NCBI GenBank assembly: GCA_964623905.1
Contig: CAZUVY010000003.1
Location: 2,443-66,442 of the forward strand
Direction: 5' to 3'
DNA length: 64,000 bases
DNA from: an uncultured Faecalimonas sp.
GTDB lineage: Bacteria > Bacillota > Clostridia > Lachnospirales > Lachnospiraceae
Within the stretch, counting starts at the first letter, position 1; each line of letters starts with the position of its first letter. Shown here piece by piece: positions 51,672 through 61,435 of the stretch. The notes beneath the pieces were generated by a model. The model was not told the DNA's origin, searched no databases, and saw only the letters and a program-made list of their open reading frames with translations. Position numbers and translations under genes: made by a program.

Positions 51672-53252
51672 TTAGATATTTAATAAATCGCTGTATACTT
51701 TCAATGCTCCGTCTGTTTCATGAGCAAGTACTTTTTTCGCTAATACTTTACCAAGTTGTACACCTTCCTGGTCAAAGCTGTTTACATTCCATGTGAATCC
51801 CTGGAACATGATCTTGTTTTCGAAGTGTGATAAAAGTGCACCAAGTGATTCTGGAGTTAATTGATCCCCAATGATGATACTTGATGGACGTCCGCCTTCG
51901 AATTTCTTGTTAAGATCTGCATCATCTTTACCGCATGCAAAAGCTACGATTTGAGCTGCTACGTTTGCACAAAGTTTTTGTTGGCTTGTGCTTCCTTGAA
52001 TTACAACATCACTTCCCATTTGGTTGTTTCTGAATCCAACAAATTGTAATGGAACGATATCTGTTCCCTGGTGAAGTAATTGATAGAATGAATGTTGTCC
52101 GTTTGTTCCTGGTTCACCGTAGATGATTGGTCCTGTTACATAGTTTACAGGTTCACCAAAACGGTTTACTGATTTACCGTTTGATTCCATATCAGCTTGT
52201 TGTAAGTGAGCTGGGAAACGGCTAAGTGCCTGAGAATATGGAAGCACTGCTGTTGCACCATAACCAAGTACGTTACGTTCATATACACCGATCAATGCAT
52301 CAAGCATTGCTGGGTTTTGTAATAAATCTTTGTTTGTAGCAAGTTTATCTTCTGCTGCTGCACCGTCTAAGAATCTTGCAAATACTTCTGGACCAAATGC
52401 AAGTGATAATACTGCACCGCCTACACCTGAAGTAGATGAGAAACGTCCTCCGATATAATCATCCATAAAGAATGCTGCAAGATAATCTGCACTCTTAGCT
52501 AATGGAGATGTTTCACTTGTAACAGCGATCATGTGTTTAGAAGCATCTAAACCAGCTTTTGCTAACGCATCTTTTACAAATGATTCGTTTGTTAATGTTT
52601 CAAGAGTTGTACCAGATTTTGAAACAAGTACGAAAAGTGAATGTGCTACGTCGATATTGCTTAAAACGCCTGCTGCATCATCAGGGTCAACGTTGCTGAT
52701 GAATTGTGCTTTCATCTTTAATGTGTCATTTACTTTAGCCCAGTTTTCTAATGCTAAATACATTGCACGAGGACCTAAATCACTTCCGCCGATACCGATC
52801 TGTACTACTGTAGTGAATTTTTCGCCTGCTGCATTTGTGATTTCTCCAGCATGTACTTTGTTTGCAAATTCAGCGATCTTCTTTTGTTCATTCACATAGA
52901 ATTCACGTTTATTAACGCCATCTGCAATAACGTCTTCGCCTAATTGTCCACGTGTTAATTGATGAAGAACACGACGTTTTTCACCTGTGTTGATCACTTC
53001 ACCATTGTAAAGTGCTGCGAATTTTTCTGTAAGCTGAGCTTCGTCTGCTAATTTTGCAAGAACTGCTAAGATATTGTCATCTACAGCTTTTGCTCCATAA
53101 TTGAAAGCAAGTCCTTCAGCCATTGGTACGCTATAATTCTTTACGCGCTCTGCGCCGTTTTCTCCAGACATAGCTTCTACAAGATTTACTTGCTCTACAT
53201 TTAAAAGTTCTTTGTAGGAAGCAAGTGTATCTAAATTGTTCCAAGTAATCAT
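51672..53252 (-). CDS. pgi: Glucose-6-phosphate isomerase (long form)
   Basis: Has IGIGGSDLGP, SKSGTTLET and GEPGTNGQHSFYQLLHQG. Start set at ATG 53252 (GGAGGA RBS) rather than the upstream alternative start. Confidence 0.95.
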   Translation of the reverse strand: MITWNNLDTLASYKELLNVEQVNLVEAMSGENGAERVKNYSVPMAEGLAFNYGAKAVDDNILAVLAKLADEAQLTEKFAALYNGEVINTGEKRRVLHQLTRGQLGEDVIADGVNKREFYVNEQKKIAEFANKVHAGEITNAAGEKFTTVVQIGIGGSDLGPRAMYLALENWAKVNDTLKMKAQFISNVDPDDAAGVLSNIDVAHSLFVLVSKSGTTLETLTNESFVKDALAKAGLDASKHMIAVTSETSPLAKSADYLAAFFMDDYIGGRFSSTSGVGGAVLSLAFGPEVFARFLDGAAAEDKLATNKDLLQNPAMLDALIGVYERNVLGYGATAVLPYSQALSRFPAHLQQADMESNGKSVNRFGEPVNYVTGPIIYGEPGTNGQHSFYQLLHQGTDIVPLQFVGFRNNQMGSDVVIQGSTSQQKLCANVAAQIVAFACGKDDADLNKKFEGGRPSSIIIGDQLTPESLGALLSHFENKIMFQGFTWNVNSFDQEGVQLGKVLAKKVLAHETDGALKVYSDLLNI

Positions 53253-53364
53253 ATCAGATTCCTCCTCATTGCTGCTATATTGTTTTGTAATATGTTCTAA
53301 CAGGTGAATTATACTATTAAACCTTGGTAAATTCAAGCAAATCTGAAAAACGCATTGCTAACCA

Positions 53365-54096
53365 CTAAATTGCTCCATCACCCAACCTAATATTAATTCC
53401 TTTATTGTTATTCGATGAATCTACAGTGATAAATGGTGCAAGTTTACGAGCTGTATTTGAAATAGGCATGCTCTGTATATAAACTTTACCTGGTCCTGTA
53501 ATTACTGTGTTAAAAAAGCCTTCGCCGCCAAAGAACATATTCTTTACCCCGCTTACCATTTGCACATCCATTGTACAAGTTTCGCTCATTGCCGCAAGAT
53601 ATCCTGTGTCAATCACGATTCTTTCTCCTACACCGAGTTCATATTCTTTGCAATAACCGTCTATTTCAACAAAAGCCGTTCCATTTCCAGATATTCTTTG
53701 CATGATAAAACCTTCGCCGCCAAAGAAACCGCCTCCAACATTTTTCTGGAAAAATACGGAAACATCAAGACCTTTTTCCATCGCAAGAAAACCTGCTTTT
53801 TGAACGATGATCCCCTGTCCGTTTTTTAATTCAAAAGGAATGATCATTCCTGGGAAAGTCGATGCAAAAGCGATCATACCATCACCGCCCTGCGCTGTAT
53901 ATTCATTCATAAAAATAGACTCACCAGAAAAAAATCTTCCGAACGCTTTTTTAAATCCGCCTCCTGTATTCGTGTCCATTTTCATATTTGGACTCATCCA
54001 GCTCATCGAACCACTCTCTGTACAAATTGTCTGTCCAGCCTCTGGATAACAAATTACAACAGGTAAATTTCCTCCTTCAATTTCATATCTAATCAT
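53365..54096 (-). CDS. TIGR00266 / AIM24-family protein
   Basis: 243 aa: MIRYEIEGGNLPVV...ESGSMSWMS...GGEGFFNTVITGPGKVYIQS. Confidence 0.8.
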   Translation of the reverse strand: MIRYEIEGGNLPVVICYPEAGQTICTESGSMSWMSPNMKMDTNTGGGFKKAFGRFFSGESIFMNEYTAQGGDGMIAFASTFPGMIIPFELKNGQGIIVQKAGFLAMEKGLDVSVFFQKNVGGGFFGGEGFIMQRISGNGTAFVEIDGYCKEYELGVGERIVIDTGYLAAMSETCTMDVQMVSGVKNMFFGGEGFFNTVITGPGKVYIQSMPISNTARKLAPFITVDSSNNNKGINIRLGDGAI

Positions 54097-54121
54097 ACAT
54101 TCACTCCCTTTTTTCTATATT

Positions 54122-54580
54122 CTATTGAATTGATAAATAAAATTCATACGAAGCACTTTCGCCTGCGATTCTGACTGAAACATTCCCTTCCACATCTTCC
54201 AGTTTGAACTGCTGTGACATTTCTTCCAGATCAAAATCATGCACGATTTCATCATTGTAAACTACCACGAGTCTGAAATTACCTTCTTTTACCATGATTG
54301 TACTTAGATCAATGACCACCTCTGACGCCATGATACGGTTTACAAAACAAATTTCCTCTACACCTGAAAAGTTTTTAGAAGAATATTTCACGACTTGCGA
54401 AGCATCATCTGAAGAAGTAGCAGAACCAGATGCACCCAGGTCCATATTGATAATATTCTCATCTGTGATTGTTTCCAATGAATAATCATCCGGGCCATTT
54501 GTATCCTCAATCTCAATACCGCACGCTGTAAGACTTAACATGAATGAAACAGTTAATAAAAACACTAATAGTCTTTTCAT
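54122..54580 (-). CDS. Lipoprotein of unknown function
   Basis: Signal peptide with lipobox LSLTAC|G. 152 aa. Confidence 0.65.
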   Translation of the reverse strand: MKRLLVFLLTVSFMLSLTACGIEIEDTNGPDDYSLETITDENIINMDLGASGSATSSDDASQVVKYSSKNFSGVEEICFVNRIMASEVVIDLSTIMVKEGNFRLVVVYNDEIVHDFDLEEMSQQFKLEDVEGNVSVRIAGESASYEFYLSIQ

Positions 54581-54721
54581 AAGTAACCTCCTCTCTGCTG
54601 ATGAAACTGTTTAATTATGTATACCTTCTGCTTACATTTTAATGTCTAACCCTATCGAAAACAATACCTCTTACGCGAACGGTCTAAAATGATACACAAA
54701 CGGTACGGTATCGATCCTCAA

Positions 54722-54766
54722 AATAAAATTAGAGTGTCAAAAGATTTATAACCTCTTGACACCCTC
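54722..54766 (-). terminator. Terminator after the small membrane protein gene
   Basis: Minus strand AGGGTGTCAA-loop-TTGACACTCT, followed by AATTTTATTTT. Confidence 0.6.
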
Positions 54767-54769
54767 TCT

Positions 54770-55144
54770 TTACTTCAGAAGTTCATCACTTAATGCGATA
54801 ATCTGATCTGCATATTTCTTTTGACGTGAACCAAGGATTCTTTTATAAATCGGATAATTCACAATCGCCATCACCAAACCAACTACACCAATGATCACTC
54901 CTGCTTTCATTGCTGCGTCAGCACCTAATCTTCCTCCGATATCGGTCATAACAAGACTCATTCCTGTGCCCATGATCAATGCACTGATTGTTCCAAATGT
55001 ATATGAAAACACATTTGCAGGTCTTTTCACTTCTTTATCTAACTCTTGCAGTTTCTTAAGTCCTTCCTCTTGTCCTGTCACTTCTTTTTCCATGTATTGT
55101 GTACGAATCTTCTTAATTAAAAATTCCTGGTCATTTTTATTCAT
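54770..55144 (-). CDS. Small membrane protein (coiled-coil head plus two TM helices), paralog of 57752-58150
   Basis: 124 aa: IRTQYMEKE...LQELDKEV...GTGMSLVMTDIGG...NYPIYKRI. Confidence 0.65.
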   Translation of the reverse strand: MNKNDQEFLIKKIRTQYMEKEVTGQEEGLKKLQELDKEVKRPANVFSYTFGTISALIMGTGMSLVMTDIGGRLGADAAMKAGVIIGVVGLVMAIVNYPIYKRILGSRQKKYADQIIALSDELLK

Positions 55145-55233
55145 CTTAGATATCCTCCCTATTTTTACGTCCTTTTCGTTAAGTTACAATCGGAGTATAG
55201 TAGGGAGATGTTTGAGATATTTTAACGAAATAT

Positions 55234-56118
55234 TTACGAAATGTTAAAGTGCATTTCTTTTGTAGTTCGCACAATCATATAAACTGCCATTGTAATTACG
55301 ATTACACTGACACCCGCTCCGGTCAGCGCGATCATAAGCCTCTGATCCTGCAAAGACATTTCCTCACCAAAGCTAGAAAACATAGCCGTCTCCAGCATCA
55401 ACATAGAAATAAGTGCTGCTGCCATTTTTATCACCTTAGATATAGAAAGAATCGGATTATGATACTTTCGATATTTTCCAAGATCCTTGATTGCAGTAAC
55501 CGTTACATAAAATGTATACAACGCCATCACATAAATCAGCATTCCGTCATATTCATAGCCTCTGTCCTGGTAAAGAATCATAAGTACGGCACTCGACAAT
55601 ACCAAATTCAGGGTTGTCAGAATGACCGCACATAGGCGAGCGCATCGTAGTTCCATAAAACGTTTCTCACCCAGTTTGTTCTGGTTGATGTATCGCACCA
55701 ACAAAAAACGCATAACTGCCAAGATCATATAATATCCGGCAAAAATACTAAACCATACTGTCTGATAAAACCATGCAGAAAATGCGTTTATTGCTACATA
55801 AAGTACGTTCACTATCAGAGAACAATATAACGAAACACGATTTTTGAATTGTATATCTGTCATATAACGGTTTCCAAGCGGATTGTCATATACTTTCTGT
55901 TTTATTTCTTTATAGCACTTTGGCAAATGCATTCCACAGCAAATCCCCAGAACCGTGACCGTGTAAAACGCCACAACGTAAATGACATAAGCAGCCGGAT
56001 TTTCACTCAGACCTTTTAGAAATACAAATACAAGCGCTGCGCTGCTAAGCACAGTCAGAAGGAGTATTACCCAAATCGGGGGAAAAAGCAGTCGTTTTCC
56101 TATTTTCTTCCAATCCAT
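55234..56118 (-). CDS. Polytopic membrane protein of unknown function
   Basis: Start at ATG 56118 (GGAGGAG RBS, 8-nt spacer): MDWKKIGKRLLFPPIW... About 8 TM helices. Begins 19 nt downstream of the cls stop. Confidence 0.65.
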   Translation of the reverse strand: MDWKKIGKRLLFPPIWVILLLTVLSSAALVFVFLKGLSENPAAYVIYVVAFYTVTVLGICCGMHLPKCYKEIKQKVYDNPLGNRYMTDIQFKNRVSLYCSLIVNVLYVAINAFSAWFYQTVWFSIFAGYYMILAVMRFLLVRYINQNKLGEKRFMELRCARLCAVILTTLNLVLSSAVLMILYQDRGYEYDGMLIYVMALYTFYVTVTAIKDLGKYRKYHNPILSISKVIKMAAALISMLMLETAMFSSFGEEMSLQDQRLMIALTGAGVSVIVITMAVYMIVRTTKEMHFNIS

Positions 56119-56137
56119 CTTATACGCTCCTCCCATT

Positions 56138-57703
56138 TTATAGCATTGGTGCAACGATTCGTACCACTGCCCGAATCACTCTCTGCCACAAATTTGTTTT
56201 CAGCATCTCTGGTGTAACTTCAATGCATTTTAAAAGAGTATCTTCCATATCCATTTTTAGAGTTCTCACCGCTTCGCACCGATACATCCATACACCATTT
56301 TCAAAGTGGTGCACCAAACTGCGGTAATCCAGGTTGATCGTACCAATCATCGCATACGCATCGTCCACCAGATAGCTTTTTGCATGAATAAAACCTGGTT
56401 CATATTCATAAATTTTCACCCCTGCGTCCATCAATCTTGGATAGAAACTCTGCGTCATACTGAAAATGATCTGTTTATCCGGTATATGTGGAACAATGAT
56501 TCGCACATCAACACCTCGCAGGGCAGCGTTCTCGAGATCCGTACACAAATCGTTATCTATAATAAGATAAGGAGACGTCATCCATGCATAGCGCGTCGCA
56601 CCTGAAAGCATATTTTGAATGACCCCTTTTCCTACTCTGCGTTCATAGATTGGATGCGGACCATCCCCAAATGGAATAATATAACCCGGCTCCGCAATAC
56701 TCTTCTGGGCAGGATACAATTCATTTTGAGCTACCAGCACTTCTTTTTCGTTGAGACCAAAATCTACAAGAAAGAGTTTCGTCAACTCCCATACAGCTTC
56801 CCCTTCCATGCGAATGCCGGTGTCTTTCCAATGTCCGAATTTTACAGTCTCATTGATATATTCATCCGCAATATTCACACCACCGGTATACCCGATCTTA
56901 CCGTCAATCACTAATATCTTTCGGTGACTGCGGTTATTAAATTCGCTGTCCGCATTTCCTCTCAATCTTGAAAATGGTATTGCTTCAATGCCATACGTTC
57001 TGAGAGTTTGATAGTAATTGCCCGGCAAAGTCATCATGCACCCAATATCATCGTACAGCACCTTGACTTCGACACCATCAGCCGCTTTTTGCTTCAGAAT
57101 ATCCAAAATCGAGTTCCAAAACTTTCCTTCCTCGATAATGAAATATTCCATATAAATAAATTTTTCGGCTGCCTGCAGATCTGTCAGCATCCGGCGATGC
57201 ATCTTCTCACCAAGTGAAAAATATTCCTGCCTCGTATTTGTAAACAGATGGGTTTCCGCAATATTGCAGAGCATAGTTGCCTGCGCTGCTGCCGTAGGAT
57301 TTTCTTCTCTTAATTCTTCGAATAGTTTGCTGTCATTCTGCTTGTAGGAATGTCTTTTCAAATCGCCTAAGCGTTTGATAAATTTCTTTTGCAGTGTTCT
57401 TGAATAAAACATAAAGTACAGCATAAATCCAGCTATTGGAACAATCAGTACAAAAAGCAGCCACGGAACTTTGTAGTCAGGATTATCGTCTGAAGCGATA
57501 ATACGGATGACGCAGAATATTTCTGTCGCCCATGCAGCAAGGTAAAAATACGGAACATAGTAATATAATGTACACACAATGCCGAGCACTGCAAACACTT
57601 CAAACACCGTGATCAAAATGGCAATGATGTACCGTATTGGTACATAGTTTATTTCACGTTGCACTTTTTCTTTATTTACATCATAAGTAATCGTCTTTTT
57701 CAT
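56138..57703 (-). CDS. cls: Cardiolipin synthase (PLD superfamily)
   Basis: Two N-terminal TM helices and two HKD motifs (HRKILVIDG, HAKSYLVDD). ATG 57703 has a GAGGTG RBS. Confidence 0.93.
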   Translation of the reverse strand: MKKTITYDVNKEKVQREINYVPIRYIIAILITVFEVFAVLGIVCTLYYYVPYFYLAAWATEIFCVIRIIASDDNPDYKVPWLLFVLIVPIAGFMLYFMFYSRTLQKKFIKRLGDLKRHSYKQNDSKLFEELREENPTAAAQATMLCNIAETHLFTNTRQEYFSLGEKMHRRMLTDLQAAEKFIYMEYFIIEEGKFWNSILDILKQKAADGVEVKVLYDDIGCMMTLPGNYYQTLRTYGIEAIPFSRLRGNADSEFNNRSHRKILVIDGKIGYTGGVNIADEYINETVKFGHWKDTGIRMEGEAVWELTKLFLVDFGLNEKEVLVAQNELYPAQKSIAEPGYIIPFGDGPHPIYERRVGKGVIQNMLSGATRYAWMTSPYLIIDNDLCTDLENAALRGVDVRIIVPHIPDKQIIFSMTQSFYPRLMDAGVKIYEYEPGFIHAKSYLVDDAYAMIGTINLDYRSLVHHFENGVWMYRCEAVRTLKMDMEDTLLKCIEVTPEMLKTNLWQRVIRAVVRIVAPML

Positions 57704-57751
57704 TCTGCACCTCACATAACCAGCAATAGCGAGGCATTTCTGATGCCTCGC

Positions 57752-58150
57752 TTATTCATGATTTTCCATTTCCCCAGTCAGCTCTGCTGTAAGTTCAAGG
57801 ATTCTCGGCGTTAATTTTGCCTTCGTTTTACCAAAAACGGAGCAATAAACAGGGTATGCAACAGCCATGCCAACTCCACCGATAAAAGCGAGCAGTATCC
57901 CAAAAACGACAGATAAAATCCCGCCTCCAAGTACCTGCATAGCCAGGCACATACCTAACCCGAAAATCAGGCATCCTCCGATCCCTGCACACAGAGATTC
58001 CAGTGTACCGGAGGTCTGGACACATCTATCCAGACGCTTTAGTTCTTCCAGCTTACTTTCATTTTGCGGAAGATATTTCTTTCGGATTTCCAGTATCTCT
58101 TTATTTTCCTTCGCAGAATAACTGTAACTGAATGTTATATTTGGATTCAT
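57752..58150 (-). CDS. Small membrane protein, paralog of 54770-55144
   Basis: Start placed at ATG 58150 (GAGGAAATA spacer), which avoids overlapping the upstream 71-aa gene. IRKKYLPQNESKLEELKRLD...GLGMCLAMQVLGG...AYPVY. Confidence 0.6.
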   Translation of the reverse strand: MNPNITFSYSYSAKENKEILEIRKKYLPQNESKLEELKRLDRCVQTSGTLESLCAGIGGCLIFGLGMCLAMQVLGGGILSVVFGILLAFIGGVGMAVAYPVYCSVFGKTKAKLTPRILELTAELTGEMENHE

Positions 58151-58172
58151 TATTTCCTCTTGCATTGGACCA

Positions 58173-58388
58173 CTATTTATTACTGGAAAGTCTTTCCTTT
58201 GCCTCCTGAACGTTTTCCCCTTCTTTTGCAAAAAGTTTTTCTACACATTTATCAGTTACTTTACCAAATCCTTCTACGACACCGGCTTCTATTTTCTTAT
58301 ATCCACCGACAACACCGTCTTCAATCTTTTTGTATCCTTCCACAACAGCTTCTGCAATTTTTTCATTTTTTTCTACTAACTTAGACAT
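58173..58388 (-). CDS. 71-aa soluble/amphipathic protein with three tandem 11-residue repeats
   Basis: IAEAVVEGYKK / IEDGVVGGYKK / IEAGVVEGFGK. AGGAGA RBS before ATG 58388. Confidence 0.6.
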   Translation of the reverse strand: MSKLVEKNEKIAEAVVEGYKKIEDGVVGGYKKIEAGVVEGFGKVTDKCVEKLFAKEGENVQEAKERLSSNK

Positions 58389-58498
58389 TGTAATAATCTC
58401 CTTTTCAAAACTTTATGGGTGCATCATATCCCACAATTGCTTATAAGTTTTTTAAAAAATGTTTCTATTTTATTAATCTGCGCATCAATCCACCTGTA

Positions 58499-58527
58499 TT
58501 TGCGTTATATGATGCATCATGTTATAA
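58499..58527 (+). promoter_or_regulatory. Candidate promoter of the AraC-family gene, with a 12-bp perfect palindrome in the spacer
   Basis: TTGCGT (58499-58504) - 17 bp - TGtTATAAT (-10 at 58522-58527). Palindrome ATGATGCATCAT at 58508-58519. Confidence 0.45.
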
Positions 58528-58587
58528 TTTCTTTACTTTTTAACACAAAACTATGCTAACAGCAACAATCGGTCAAGGAGGTTTTAC

Positions 58588-59463
58588 ATGAATAATCCTT
58601 TACTACATGAAACGAAAATTCATGGAACAATTGATTTTCCTTATATCGTTTATCATGGGAAAATTCCTGCTTTTATAAACTCCTATCCGCTTCATTGGCA
58701 TGATGAAGCAGAATTCATATATATTTCCAAAGGTCAGATCAAAGTTACAGTCTGGTCGCATACCTACCTTGCACAAGAAGGAGATATTATTATCCTTATG
58801 CCGCATGTGATTCATTCCATTGAGCAGATTGGTTCCAGTGATGCAGAGTATTTCAATATCGTATTTCATTTTTCTATTTTGGAACAAAGGGCTGATGACT
58901 CCTGCTATGAAAAATATCTCAAGCCTTTCCTGACGCATGAAAAGACGGTAAACTGTTATGAAAAATCCGGAACGGAATTAAATACACTTTTAACTCCCTT
59001 ACTTCTTTCCCTGATTGAAAACAGACGGAGCAGTTATACAACACATGAATTTCTGGTCAAATCGAACCTTTTTATGATCATGCATTATTTGAATCAGTTT
59101 TGCGTCAGCTCAGATGAAAGCGAACTGTCTATGCAGCTAACCTACGATAAACTGAAAATAGCACTTTACCATGTTCAAAACAGTTATGCAGAGAACATCA
59201 CTATAAAAAGAGCAGCCGCATTATGTGGTTTTTCCGAGAGTCATTTTATGAAATTGTTTAAAGAACTGACTGGTATGAGTTTTACTGCATATCTGATCGA
59301 TTACCGCCTAGAACTTGCGGCAAAACAACTACTGGAAACCGATCAAAAGGTGATTGATATTGCAAACAATTGCGGCTTTAACAATCATTCCTATTTTACA
59401 AGGTCCTTTATGAAAAAATATGGGATTACACCCGCAAAATACAGAAATATGGGCAAAAAATAA
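58588..59463 (+). CDS. AraC-family transcriptional regulator (cupin sensor plus double HTH)
   Basis: 291 aa with a cupin-like N-terminus (HWHDEAEFIYI) and a C-terminal AraC HTH (IANNCGFNNHSYFTRSFMKKYGITPAKYR). Confidence 0.9.
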   Translation: MNNPLLHETKIHGTIDFPYIVYHGKIPAFINSYPLHWHDEAEFIYISKGQIKVTVWSHTYLAQEGDIIILMPHVIHSIEQIGSSDAEYFNIVFHFSILEQRADDSCYEKYLKPFLTHEKTVNCYEKSGTELNTLLTPLLLSLIENRRSSYTTHEFLVKSNLFMIMHYLNQFCVSSDESELSMQLTYDKLKIALYHVQNSYAENITIKRAAALCGFSESHFMKLFKELTGMSFTAYLIDYRLELAAKQLLETDQKVIDIANNCGFNNHSYFTRSFMKKYGITPAKYRNMGKK

Positions 59464-59502
59464 ACACCTATCATCAAATTGATAAGTGTTTACTAATTGA
59501 AC

Positions 59503-60012
59503 TTATTTGAGTTTATAAATAAACCTACAAATATCTCTATCCACGCCCTGATAAGAACCTTTGCCTTCGAATTCTTTTGTAAATCCTGATTTTTCAAGCA
59601 CCTTTATTGAGGCTATGTTTTCAGCAACACAGATGCCAAGAATTTCTGTTATATGAAGCTCTTTCATGATGACAGGCAGGAAGGCGCTTACTGCCTCGGT
59701 AGCGTAGCCTTTACCTGCATAAGCTTTTGCTATGTGATAGCCAACTTCCCATTCATCGTCATCCATCGGTACAGCCTGTACATAACCGATGTTCGTGCCG
59801 TCTTTAAGTAAGACAGGGTACACCAGAGGGCCATCACCGTTTTCGTAGACGCTCATGAGAAATTCCACTGTACCTTGCGCGTCTTCGATCGTTTCGAAAA
59901 CCTCGTCAGGGTTGAACTTTCTGTTGTCTTCGTCAAGAGAGTTGATATGTACCGCCTCAACCATATCAAGGTTAAATTCTGTTACTTCAAGTCTTTCTGT
60001 TTTTATATTCAT
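59503..60012 (-). CDS. GNAT-family N-acetyltransferase (RimJ/RimL-like)
   Basis: 169 aa: GYHIAKAYAGKGYATEA...NIASIKVLEKSGF. Confidence 0.85.
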   Translation of the reverse strand: MNIKTERLEVTEFNLDMVEAVHINSLDEDNRKFNPDEVFETIEDAQGTVEFLMSVYENGDGPLVYPVLLKDGTNIGYVQAVPMDDDEWEVGYHIAKAYAGKGYATEAVSAFLPVIMKELHITEILGICVAENIASIKVLEKSGFTKEFEGKGSYQGVDRDICRFIYKLK

Positions 60013-60038
60013 AATTTTCTTCTCCTTTATTAAAAAAT

Positions 60039-60488
60039 TTATCTGTGAATGTATAATCTTGTCATTTCGGGCTCACCGTCACCTTGTGCCATACAGAAAA
60101 ATTCCCAGCCGTATCGCTCGTAAAATCCTGTGTGATCCGTAACGAGATAAACGGGAGAAATGCCTTTTGATTTTAAATCGTCTACCACCATATTAAGAAG
60201 TACACCTGCTATCCCCTGTTTGCGGTAGCTTTCTTCTGTATAAACGGCACAGACATTAGGGGTCAGGTCTTTGTGGTCGTGGAAATCGTTTTCGATAACA
60301 CCCATTCCACCGACGATATTGTCGCCGTCCAGGCAAATATACCAGCCGTATTCCGTCTTACCACTGAGATACTCCTCCATACACTCAAGATATGCCTCTT
60401 TCGGCACACCCCATTTGCTGTTAAACCACTGAGCTGCCTTGTCCATAAGCTCAGGGTTCTCTCTTAATGTTATATATTTTAATTTCAT
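60039..60488 (-). CDS. GNAT-family N-acetyltransferase
   Basis: 149 aa with the acetyl-CoA motif YRKQGIAGVLL and FYERYGW. Confidence 0.85.
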   Translation of the reverse strand: MKLKYITLRENPELMDKAAQWFNSKWGVPKEAYLECMEEYLSGKTEYGWYICLDGDNIVGGMGVIENDFHDHKDLTPNVCAVYTEESYRKQGIAGVLLNMVVDDLKSKGISPVYLVTDHTGFYERYGWEFFCMAQGDGEPEMTRLYIHR

Positions 60489-60546
60489 CCTATAAATTCT
60501 CCTTCCATTCCTATTTGTTTCTGTTTTATAGTCGATATACTCAAGA

Positions 60547-61434
60547 TCATCTCACAATCTCAACAATCAGCTCGGAGAATATACCTGATGTGCTGATTGT
60601 GTTTTCGGCGGTTTCGTTTTCGCCAAGCTCAACTGATTCGCCGTTTTTGCGAGTAATGAGTTTACATTTTCTACCTTTATTTAAAAATTTGTAGTTATCT
60701 GCACTTTCAAGGTGAACCACTGTCTTTGCCTTGAACTGATTTACATCAAGCTTTGTGCAGTTGCCTGAGATAAAGATTTCATAGTCAGTCTTTGAGGTAA
60801 GTTCCAGACTTCCCTCTGTGTCGCGGATATAAACCTTCTCTGCGTCGCCGTCGTACTCTAAGCGGCTGAGGCGTAAATCCTCAATAAAAAGTTCCTTAAC
60901 GCTTGCCGAAACCTCTGTGTGTTCGGTGAACTTTTCAGGAAGCAGGAGCGTAATATCCACACTTTCCTGAGCTTCAAAACGACTGACACCCTTTTTGTTC
61001 ACAAGTTCCACATCTAACTTATTACGCTTTTCATCAAGCTTAACCTTGAAAAGAGAACCGATGTCAGTAAGGGTTTCAGAAGAAAGCAGAATGTGAATTT
61101 TCTCGTCATTCCCTGTTTTGAGTGTTATCTTTCTTGCACCGCCTAAGTTTATGTCGAAGTGCTTCTGAGTGTCGATGTCATAAACCGTTTCGCTTTCGAA
61201 AATCGTGGTTTTTTCTTCCTGCTTTTTCACCTCTTCAAGCACAAGCTCGTCAAGAGTAAGCTTGAAAAGCTCTGCAAGAATAATCATATTTTCAACATCA
61301 GGAAGACCTCTTTTAGTTTCCCATTTTGTTATTGCCTGACGGGACACGCCGATTTTCTCTGCCAACTGTTCCTGAGAAAACCCCTCTTTTAATCTGTATT
61401 GTTTTAATTTATCACCAAAATCCATATTATTCAC
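60547..61434 (-). CDS. XRE-type HTH regulator fused to a beta-rich C-terminal domain (DUF4097-like)
   Basis: GDKLKQYRLKEGFSQEQLAEKIGVSRQAITKWE, followed by about 220 aa of repetitive beta-strand-like sequence. Confidence 0.7.
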   Translation of the reverse strand: MNNMDFGDKLKQYRLKEGFSQEQLAEKIGVSRQAITKWETKRGLPDVENMIILAELFKLTLDELVLEEVKKQEEKTTIFESETVYDIDTQKHFDINLGGARKITLKTGNDEKIHILLSSETLTDIGSLFKVKLDEKRNKLDVELVNKKGVSRFEAQESVDITLLLPEKFTEHTEVSASVKELFIEDLRLSRLEYDGDAEKVYIRDTEGSLELTSKTDYEIFISGNCTKLDVNQFKAKTVVHLESADNYKFLNKGRKCKLITRKNGESVELGENETAENTISTSGIFSELIVEIVR

Positions 61435-61435
61435 C

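Noticed and set aside
53253-53336. A 28-codon N-terminal extension of pgi in the ORF track. There are similar extensions on murA, rpsR, aroK, atpC, atpD, cls, the UPF0597 gene and the REC-like gene.
   Set aside because: Most of the extended ORFs begin at non-ATG codons with no RBS (atpD's upstream start is an ATG, but also has no RBS), while an internal ATG with a strong GGAGG-type RBS matches the canonical N-terminus. Starts were moved accordingly.
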